Positions 39,888 through 47,366 of a DNA stretch of 47,366 bases are shown piece after piece. Each line of letters begins with the position of its first letter. Positions within the stretch are counted from its first letter, which is position 1. The notes beneath the pieces were generated by a model that saw only the letters and a list, made by a program, of their open reading frames with translations, searched no databases and was not told where the DNA came from. The position numbers and the translations under genes were made by a program. The stretch comes from a virus (lineage: Duplodnaviria; Heunggongvirae; Uroviricota; Caudoviricetes), in the IMG/VR virus record IMGVR_UViG_2630968533_000004. One strand, 5' to 3'.

Positions 39888-42266
39888 GTGGATATGGCAG
39901 CAGTAAAAATCTCAGGTGTGCTGAAAGATGGTGCGGGAAAACCAATACAGAACTGCACTATTCAACTGAGGGCAAAGCGTAACAGCACCACGGTACTGGT
40001 GAACACGGTGGCTTCTGAAAATCCGGATGAAGCCGGACGTTACAGCATGGATGTTGAGTATGGCCAGTACAGCGTCACCCTGCTGGTTGAAGGTTTTCCG
40101 CCTTCACATGCCGGGACCATTACCGTCTATGAAGGCTCCAGACCAGGTACGCTGAATGATTTTCTCGGTGCCATGACGGAAGATGATGTCATGCCGGAGG
40201 CATTGCGTCGTTTTGAGGCAATGGTGGAAGAAGTGGCACGCAACGCCGAAGCCGCCTCTCAGAGCGCAGCGGCGGCAAAGAAATCCGAAACTGCAGCGGC
40301 ATCATCAAAGAACGCGGCGAAAACCTCAGAAACGAATGCAGCTAATAGTGCACAGGCGGCAGCGGCCTCACAGACTGCATCGGCAAACTCCGCGACAGCA
40401 GCCAAAAAATCAGAAACCAACGCGAAAAATAGCGAGACAGCCGCAAAGACGAGCGAAACCAACGCAAAGTCCAGCCAGACGGCAGCGAAAACCAGCGAAA
40501 CGAATGCCAAAGCCAGTGAAACTGCGGCAAAAAACAGCCAGGTTGCAGCAGCCCAAAGCGAGAGCGCGGCAGCCGGTTCTGCGACTTCAGCAGCCGGATC
40601 AGCAACTGCTGCGGCTAACAGCCAGAAAGCTGCGAAGACGAGTGAAACTAACGCAAAGTCCAGCCAGACGGCAGCGAAGACCAGCGAAACGAATGCCAAA
40701 GCCAGCGAAACTGCGGCGAAAAACAGCCAGGATGCAGCAGCCGAAAGCGAGAGTGTTGCAGCTGGTTCTGCAAGCGCGGCGGCTGCTTCTGCCACTGCAT
40801 CAGCTAACAGTCAAAAAGCAGCAAAAACCAGTGAAACCAACGCAAAGACAAGCGAGACTGCGGCAGCTAACTCGGCGAAAGCATCCGCTGCAAGCCAGAC
40901 AGCGGCTAAAGCAAGTGAAGATGCAGCCAGGGAGTACGCAAGCCAGGCAGCTGAGCCGTATAAACAAGTTTTGCAGCCACTGCCTGATGTGTGGATACCG
41001 TTTAATGACTCGATGGATATGATTGCAGGATTTGGCCCGGGATATAAAAAAATAACAGTGCGCGATGATGTGGTCACTATACCATCCGACAAAATTGTCC
41101 CGTTTTCCCGCGCGAGTTCCGCGACCTATATCAATAAGTCCGGCGCTCTTACCATTGCAGAAATTAATGAGCCACGTTTTGAAAAAGAAGGGCTGTTAAT
41201 TGAAGGGCAGAGAACTAACTATCTAAAAAATTCTAATACACCGGAATTGTGGTACTACCACAGTTTACTGGCGAAAGAGTATGGGGTTGATAATTACGGT
41301 TTTAATTATGCAACCGTCACCGTGACAGACAGTCTTGTAGGCACAACCAGTAGTTATCAGATTCATAGTGTAACTGGAGAGAACAGGTTTTCTCTGTCCA
41401 TCGGTGAAACCTGCACTTTTTCTGCCCGCTTTCGTGGAGTTAATTCACGTTGTCGCGTCCATATATCTCTTGTTATTGGCGAAAATGTTAAAACATCCGT
41501 TGATGTATGTCTGGAGCCAGATACAGGTGAGGTTAAGGCGTACGGTAATAAGGCGCTGGTGACATTCAGAACGGAAAAACAGGGGGACTGGTGTTACTTT
41601 GAAACAACATATACCGCCGCAGAGAATATTGACGAAGTGGTATGCGGTTTTTTTATAACCAATCCTGAAGATGGTGGTTTTTCTTCTGATTCGTCATTAA
41701 CAATGACTACGCCGCAAATTGAAAAAGGGCCATGCGCTTCATCGTTTATTATTTCCGGAAACACACCAACCACGCGCGCCAGTGATATGGTTATTTTTTC
41801 AACCAGAAATAACATAAGTTCTGTCCCTTTAAGCTGTCTTGTTGAAATACATAAAAATTGGGACTCTACGCCAAATCAGGCCCCACGAATTTTAACCACT
41901 ATTGGCGTGGCGACTAATGATGAACAACTGGTATTGGCTTTCAGGACGCCTACAAGTCCGGATGTAGAACCTTTACCTTATGTTCAGTTTGGAGTGAGAT
42001 CTGCATATCTTAGTCCATCTGTGAAGGCCGGGCGCAAAATGATTGCTGGTTTTGTCTGTAATAGCTCGACTGAATTTCGTTGCTGTTGTAATGGTTACCT
42101 GTCACCTGTTCAGACTTCGTCATGGAAGAATACCGGAGCTGCACATGAAATACGTATTGGGGGAACTTCTGCTGGAGGAGAACGTCACTTGTTTGGTCAC
42201 GTTCGTAACCTGAGAATATGGCATAAAGAATTAACTGATGCGCAAATGGGGGAGTCAGTAGAATGA
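39888..42266 (+). CDS. stf: Side tail fibre protein (Stf-like) with Ala/Ser/Thr-rich repeats and distinct C-terminal domain
   Basis: N-terminus AVKISGVLKDGAGKPIQNCTIQLRAKRNSTTV... is lambda-Stf-like; central SETNAK/AAKTSE repeats; C-terminal third is AT-richer with no lambda-like sequence. Confidence 0.85.
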   Translation: MDMAAVKISGVLKDGAGKPIQNCTIQLRAKRNSTTVLVNTVASENPDEAGRYSMDVEYGQYSVTLLVEGFPPSHAGTITVYEGSRPGTLNDFLGAMTEDDVMPEALRRFEAMVEEVARNAEAASQSAAAAKKSETAAASSKNAAKTSETNAANSAQAAAASQTASANSATAAKKSETNAKNSETAAKTSETNAKSSQTAAKTSETNAKASETAAKNSQVAAAQSESAAAGSATSAAGSATAAANSQKAAKTSETNAKSSQTAAKTSETNAKASETAAKNSQDAAAESESVAAGSASAAAASATASANSQKAAKTSETNAKTSETAAANSAKASAASQTAAKASEDAAREYASQAAEPYKQVLQPLPDVWIPFNDSMDMIAGFGPGYKKITVRDDVVTIPSDKIVPFSRASSATYINKSGALTIAEINEPRFEKEGLLIEGQRTNYLKNSNTPELWYYHSLLAKEYGVDNYGFNYATVTVTDSLVGTTSSYQIHSVTGENRFSLSIGETCTFSARFRGVNSRCRVHISLVIGENVKTSVDVCLEPDTGEVKAYGNKALVTFRTEKQGDWCYFETTYTAAENIDEVVCGFFITNPEDGGFSSDSSLTMTTPQIEKGPCASSFIISGNTPTTRASDMVIFSTRNNISSVPLSCLVEIHKNWDSTPNQAPRILTTIGVATNDEQLVLAFRTPTSPDVEPLPYVQFGVRSAYLSPSVKAGRKMIAGFVCNSSTEFRCCCNGYLSPVQTSSWKNTGAAHEIRIGGTSAGGERHLFGHVRNLRIWHKELTDAQMGESVE
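40440..40820. repeat. Tandem direct repeat (about 2 x 189 bp) inside stf
   Basis: Block starting near 40443 (gcaaagacgagcgaaaccaacgcaaagtccagccagacggcagcgaa...) recurs near 40632 with a few substitutions. Confidence 0.6.
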
Positions 42267-42541
42267 AAGATTTTACGCTGAAGTTTCGAGATCGGGAAGG
42301 CTATAAAGCATTCTTGAATGAAATTAATTGGGAAGATAATGAAGTATTGCAAGATCAACTCCTGATTGATGAAATTGGATTCGCTTTCGATGAAGTCGGC
42401 AGAAATGCCGACGACGAACCAATTTATCAACGACGCGACGGTTATTTTGTAAATATTAGAATCTTAGATGAAAAGCTGGACGCATCACCATTTACCGGAA
42501 ATGTAGTGATTCTTGATGCTCCTCTTCGTGAATGGGCTTGA
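42263..42541 (+). CDS. Hypothetical small acidic protein in tail-fibre locus
   Basis: 92-aa ORF; start overlaps stf stop; AT-rich. Confidence 0.45.
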   Translation: MKDFTLKFRDREGYKAFLNEINWEDNEVLQDQLLIDEIGFAFDEVGRNADDEPIYQRRDGYFVNIRILDEKLDASPFTGNVVILDAPLREWA

Positions 42542-42551
42542 GGGGTAATAT

Positions 42552-43592
42552 ATGGCGAACTTAACAGTAATTCCTGATGACATCAAAACGCTAAAATCCG
42601 ACGTTAGCAAATTAAAAAAAGATCAAGGAAGCTACGCAACAAAATCATATGTAGACAATAAAACAACATGGAATGGTTATTGCAATGTAATCTATGATCA
42701 AAAGACATTGCCGACCACTGGAACTATATTTAGCGGTAAGATTCACTTGTCAAATAAGACAGGAGAAACCGAAAACGCTTATGGTGAGATGTACACCAGA
42801 AAAAATATTGACGGTACAAAAGATACAATGACAAGGATTGTCACACACAATGGAACAAAAGGTATCTTTTGGGATTTTAGCGATCTTTACGGTGGAACAT
42901 TAATTTTTCCAGGCAGTGATGGTTACCTTAAGATGGGGAACTGTCTCATGTCGTATGGTGTGCGGGGAAGTAACGCGCTTATTAAGTTTGACTGCACAGA
43001 CACATTACAAATCAAATATGCTAATCATGGGTCAACCATGACAATAAACACACAAGGAACCGCTCACGCTGGCGTTACTGCTAGCTTGTGGGGCAACTCT
43101 AGCCGTCCGGTTGTATATGAAGTTGGTGCTGATGGTGGCGCGTATATGTTCTATGCGCAGAAACATACCGATAACACCTATATGTTAAGCGTTAATGGTG
43201 CATGTCATGCCACCGCATTTAACCAGCATTCCGACCGGGATCTGAAAGACAACATTCAGGTGATCGATAATGCAACCGACCGCATCCGTAAAATGAACGG
43301 CTATACATACACTCTTAAAGAAAATGGCATACCTTACGCTGGTGTTATCGCGCAAGAAGCACTAGAAGCAATCCCAGAAGTTGTAGGCTCTGCAATGAAA
43401 TATCAGGATGGTGGAAGCGGGTCGAAAGGTGAAGAAGGTGAACGTTATTACACAGTAGATTATTCTGGTGTTACTGGCTTGCTTGTTCAGGTAGCCAGAG
43501 AGTCAGACGACAGAATAACAGCACTGGAAGAAGAAAACGCAGAATTAAGACAAAGATTATCTGCAATTGAGGTGGCGCTTGCGTCTAAATAA
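42552..43592 (+). CDS. Tail fibre / tailspike-like protein with C-terminal intramolecular chaperone (peptidase S74) domain
   Basis: C-terminus SDRDLKDNIQVIDNATDRIRKMNGYTYTLKENGIPYAGVIAQEALEAIPEVV...YYTVDYSGVTGLLVQVARESDDRITALEEENAELRQRL fits the endosialidase-chaperone pattern. Confidence 0.7.
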   Translation: MANLTVIPDDIKTLKSDVSKLKKDQGSYATKSYVDNKTTWNGYCNVIYDQKTLPTTGTIFSGKIHLSNKTGETENAYGEMYTRKNIDGTKDTMTRIVTHNGTKGIFWDFSDLYGGTLIFPGSDGYLKMGNCLMSYGVRGSNALIKFDCTDTLQIKYANHGSTMTINTQGTAHAGVTASLWGNSSRPVVYEVGADGGAYMFYAQKHTDNTYMLSVNGACHATAFNQHSDRDLKDNIQVIDNATDRIRKMNGYTYTLKENGIPYAGVIAQEALEAIPEVVGSAMKYQDGGSGSKGEEGERYYTVDYSGVTGLLVQVARESDDRITALEEENAELRQRLSAIEVALASK

Positions 43593-43598
43593 TATTAA

Positions 43599-43619
43599 GG
43601 GGCCGAGCGCCCCGTTTTA
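43599..43619 (+). terminator. Hairpin + T-tract after fibre gene
   Basis: GGGGCCGAGCGCCCC then GTTTTATT. Confidence 0.5.
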
Positions 43620-43628
43620 TTGGGTGGG

Positions 43629-43928
43629 ATGAAAATGGATATAACACCTTTCCTTCATGCACTTTGTGCTGTGGCTGCGCAGGTACTGGTTGGCCTTTTT
43701 ACCGGAAACTGGGTTTACGGTGCGATAGCCGGTTGTACGTTCTTCATTGCGCGTGAACACACCCAGGCAGAATATCGCTGGATTGAAATGTTCGGGCATG
43801 GCAAGCGAATGAATATGCCGTGGTGGGGCGGTTTTGATCTACGCGCGTGGGATGTAGCAAGCCTGATGGATTTTGCTGTGCCGGTGGTGGCGTGTCTGCT
43901 GGTCTGGCTGTTGGTTAATCGTGTGTGA
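43629..43928 (+). CDS. Small membrane protein (two predicted TM helices)
   Basis: Hydrophobic segments ALCAVAAQVLVGLF and FAVPVVACLLVWLLV; start ambiguous (TTG 43620, ATG 43629 or 43635). Confidence 0.5.
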   Translation: MKMDITPFLHALCAVAAQVLVGLFTGNWVYGAIAGCTFFIAREHTQAEYRWIEMFGHGKRMNMPWWGGFDLRAWDVASLMDFAVPVVACLLVWLLVNRV

Positions 43929-44155
43929 AAAAAGGTGAGCTGTATATGCAACGGAGGAAGAAACCCCGTTGCTGGAAGCATGGAAAAAGTATCGGGTATT
44001 GCTGAACCGTGTTGATACGTCAACTGCACAGGATATTGAATGGCCAGCACTGCCGTAGGGTAAAACATATAAATTCTATAATTAGATGTATCTTTCCATT
44101 TACGGCAAGGAAGGGGGCTTGGAAGACGTAAAGCATCTCACACCGAGATTATTTT

Positions 44156-44746
44156 TTATATGTCAGGTGTCTGAAGTTTTGCTTTGGCTCTTAAAATGGT
44201 TTGCCGCGAGGTTTTGAATTCCCGGGCAATGGCACTTATACTTACACCTGACTTAATTCGTTCGAATACCACCTGTTTCTGTTCTTCATTTAACACAGGT
44301 GGTCGACCAAAACGTTTCCCTGCGCCGCGGGCTCTTACTATCCCGGAATGAGTGCGTTCAAGTAAAAGGTCTCGTTCAAATTCAGCGACTGCTGAAATTA
44401 CTTGCATCATCATTTTTCCTGTTGGACTGGTCAGGTCAATGCCACCCAATGCTAAGCAATGCACTCTGATACCTGTTTCGGTCAGTTGTTCCACTGTTTT
44501 CCTGATATCCATTGCATTACAACCAAGGCGATCCAGTTTTGTCACAATCAATTGATCACCACATTTCAGGCGAGCAAGCAACCGGTTAAAACCAGGACGC
44601 TCACTGGTTGCTGCTGAGCCGCTAATGTGTTCTTCGATTATTTGCTGAGGTTTGATTTTAAAACCTGCACTTTCGATTTCCCGGCGTTGATTTTCGGTGG
44701 TCTGATCCAGCGTTGATATCCGACAGTAAGCAAAAATTCGAGACAT
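44156..44746 (-). CDS. pin: Serine recombinase, DNA invertase (Pin/Gin/Hin family)
   Basis: 196 aa; N-terminal catalytic region [16 protein letters not shown] (Ser nucleophile) and C-terminal HTH; matches Pin-family invertases. Confidence 0.9.
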
Positions 44747-45062
44747 AGTGAGACTCTATACGAAATTGGTGTTCATATCATAATGCATCTCAGAAAATAA
44801 TTATGATTATTTTTGTGCATATTTGTATGTACACGTTCGAAAATAAACGAATGCGTATGCAACCCCGTAATTTTGGTGAGACCCAAAATCGATTTTGTGA
44901 AAAAAGGCTTTAACTCGGTTTGTTTTTCGAGTTCCGGGCGGACTCAAGGAAGAAGAATAGTGTTGCGTGTTATTTTAACCAGATTTCAAGTTGTTTGGTC
45001 GTGGAAAAGTGGAGCAAAATGTTGTTAAAGTGGAAAAATGATAAAAAAGTAAGTTTATTATA

Positions 45063-45296
45063 TTACATTTTACCATTTAAATTTTGGTTGTCTTTAAGAA
45101 CTGATATCGCTGTTTGTAATAATTCTTTGTTATCCAGCCATGATTTTTTCTTTATGTTTCCTTCAATGTAATCAAGCAATGTTCTGGTATTGATAGGTCT
45201 TCCCTGTTTTGCTACTTCCACTACAGCATCCCCTAGGATAATTCTTACTTCAGGAAGCTGCGCAGGGAACCACTTTAGGGTGTCTTTTGATTTCAT
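45063..45296 (-). CDS. YdfK/YnaE-like small prophage protein
   Basis: Internal Met gives 77 aa MKSKDTLKWFPAQLPEVRIILGDAVV...; position next to pin as in Qin. Confidence 0.5.
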   Translation of the reverse strand: MKSKDTLKWFPAQLPEVRIILGDAVVEVAKQGRPINTRTLLDYIEGNIKKKSWLDNKELLQTAISVLKDNQNLNGKM

Positions 45297-46082
45297 GAAG
45301 ATATTCCTTAAAATATTATTGATTTTCATTGCGATATTGTATGTCTGATTCAGGATATGTTGACTTATACATCGGTTTTGTCTGGGTTATTGGATATGCC
45401 AATCCCTAATTTTATTAGGGCATGACTAAAAATGCTGAATATGATAAGGAGAGATGTGATTATCAGTATGCTGTTCATATAGCCTCGAATTAGTAATGTG
45501 TTATATATGATATAGTTGACAATTTTTATCTTGGGTGTTCTTAAAGTTCGTAGATAAACATTGTCGTTTCAGGTATACAGGAATGCTAACAGGTGGCAGC
45601 AAAAATCAGGCGGTTTATGGCGCAAGCTGAAGCGGCAACTGTAAACTATCTTATGCAGAGACTCTACACGGATTGGGTTTAAAAGTATACATAGATAACA
45701 GTTTTTATCTGAAAAAGAAAAATATCAAGGTGATATAGCCTATATGCCTTTGATGCGGAGGAATGAATGTGATGGGAGTGATGTATCTGAATAGTTGAAA
45801 AACCGCAGACACGCCTTATGCAAGAACGTGCTGCGGTTGGCTGGTAAATTTTTCGATAGTGTGAGTATTGAATGATTTCCAGCCGTTCTTGATTTTACGC
45901 ATAAATCCATGAAAAAACTACTTATCTGTTGGGGAGTTTTTTTTGGGGCATATATGGGACAGAAATAGGCCCCAGATAGACACTGAGATCGAACTTAGGA
46001 TGCTTTTTAAAAAATGCAACTATCTGAAAAAACCTAGAAAACGCCAAGGAAACCACAGGATGGGAAAAAACACCTGTGAATT

Positions 46083-47366
46083 ATGGATTTCCAGTTATAT
46101 TCGCTCGGCGCAGCGTTAGTGTTTCATGAAATATTTTTTCCTGAATCATCAACGGCAATGGCGTTAATTCTGGCAATGGGAACCTACGGTGCAGGTTATG
46201 TGGCGCGTATTGTCGGAGCATTTATTTTCGGCAAAATGGGCGACAGAATAGGGCGTAAAAAAGTACTCTTTATTACCATCACCATGATGGGGATCTGTAC
46301 CACCTTAATTGGTGTGTTACCGACCTATGCACAGATTGGTGTTTTTGCACCCATCTTGCTGGTGACGCTGCGTATTATTCAGGGATTGGGTGCAGGTGCG
46401 GAAATTTCCGGTGCCGGTACGATGCTGGCGGAATATGCGCCAAAAGGTAAGCGCGGAATTATCTCCTCATTTGTTGCTATGGGGACTAACTGCGGAACCT
46501 TGAGCGCAACGGCAATCTGGGCCTTTATGTTCTTCATTCTCAGTAAAGAGGAACTGTTGGCGTGGGGATGGCGTATACCGTTCCTGGCGAGCGTTGTCGT
46601 GATGGTCTTTGCTATCTGGTTGCGTATGAATCTGAAAGAAAGCCCGGTCTTTGAGAAGGTTAACGACAGCAATCAACCGACAGCAAAACCTGCACCTGCT
46701 GGTAGCATGTTCCAGAGCAAATCCTTCTGGCTGGCAACAGGGCTGCGTTTTGGTCAGGCTGGTAACTCAGGTTTAATTCAGACTTTCCTTGCAGGCTATT
46801 TAGTGCAGACGTTATTGTTTAACAAAGCAATTCCAACAGATGCATTGATGATCAGTTCGATTCTCGGCTTTATGACCATTCCGTTCCTTGGTTGGTTATC
46901 CGATAAAATAGGTCGCCGGATCCCGTATATTATTATGAATACCTCTGCGATTGTGCTGGCGTGGCCAATGCTTTCTATCATCGTAGATAAAAGCTATGCC
47001 CCGAGCACCATTATGGTTGCACTGATTGTGATTCATAACTGTGCGGTGCTGGGATTATTTGCTCTGGAAAACATTACCATGGCAGAAATGTTCGGCTGTA
47101 AAAACCGCTTTACCCGGATGGCTATTTCTAAAGAAATTGGTGGTCTTATCGCTTCCGGTTTTGGTCCTATCCTGGCGGGTATTTTCTGCACCATGACGGA
47201 ATCCTGGTATCCGATCGCCATTATGATCATGGCATATTCAGTGATTGGTTTAATCTCTGCGCTGAAAATGCCAGAAGTGAAAGACCGTGATTTAAGTGCA
47301 CTGGAAGATGCCGCGGAAGATCAACCGCGTGTTGTAACAGCAGCGCAACCTTCAAGAAGTCTGTAA
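46083..47366 (+). CDS. ydfJ: MFS transporter (metabolite:H+ symporter family), host gene at prophage boundary
   Basis: 427 aa, multiple TM helices, MFS motif GKMGDRIGRKK; N-terminus begins inside the conserved first-helix region, so the gene appears 5'-truncated; an upstream out-of-frame MGKNTCELWISSYIRSAQR* reading suggests disruption. Confidence 0.8.
   Translation: MDFQLYSLGAALVFHEIFFPESSTAMALILAMGTYGAGYVARIVGAFIFGKMGDRIGRKKVLFITITMMGICTTLIGVLPTYAQIGVFAPILLVTLRIIQGLGAGAEISGAGTMLAEYAPKGKRGIISSFVAMGTNCGTLSATAIWAFMFFILSKEELLAWGWRIPFLASVVVMVFAIWLRMNLKESPVFEKVNDSNQPTAKPAPAGSMFQSKSFWLATGLRFGQAGNSGLIQTFLAGYLVQTLLFNKAIPTDALMISSILGFMTIPFLGWLSDKIGRRIPYIIMNTSAIVLAWPMLSIIVDKSYAPSTIMVALIVIHNCAVLGLFALENITMAEMFGCKNRFTRMAISKEIGGLIASGFGPILAGIFCTMTESWYPIAIMIMAYSVIGLISALKMPEVKDRDLSALEDAAEDQPRVVTAAQPSRSL

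Noticed and set aside
40183-41022. 279-aa plus-strand and 178-aa minus-strand ORFs (40259..40795) inside stf
   Set aside because: Alternative frames through the Ala/Ser/Thr repeat region; low-complexity Arg/Gln- or Ala-rich translations; the Stf frame is collinear with lambda Stf
42200-44160. Invertible DNA segment adjacent to pin
   Set aside because: No opposite-strand alternative fibre genes and no inverted repeat pair found by eye; reported only as an open question

Overview
This window is a near-complete lambdoid prophage (about 46 kb) of the Qin / phage-21 type, running from the integrase at the left edge to a host MFS transporter gene (ydfJ-like) at the right edge. All family assignments come from reading the translated ORFs and recalled family signatures; no database search or computation was run. 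Gene order: integrase, excisionase and a large DEDDh exonuclease, then the minus-strand early-left operon (YdfA-like, DicF sRNA, DicB, YdfD); a DicA/DicC immunity switch with a repeated operator palindrome; a YdaT-like gene and a replication gene containing origin iterons; an AT-rich cargo island with a 340-aa protein next to a hok type I toxin; a DUF968/RusA/Q region; pR'-tR' and two tRNAs (Ile2-CAU, Arg-UCU); two TolA-domain-III-like lipoproteins in the late-operon moron slot; a pinholin / SAR endolysin / Rz / Rz1 lysis cassette; CspI- and GnsB-like genes; a cos-like element and terminase; HK97-type head genes with a protease-capsid fusion; lambda-like tail genes Z-U-V-G/GT-H-M-L-K-I-J, Lom and Stf; a second fibre gene with an S74 chaperone domain; a Pin invertase and a YdfK-like gene. 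No CRISPR array or IS element was seen. The two strongest candidates for something undescribed are the tandem TolA-III-like lipoproteins (15492-16466) and the AT-rich cargo gene (8780-9802) beside hok.
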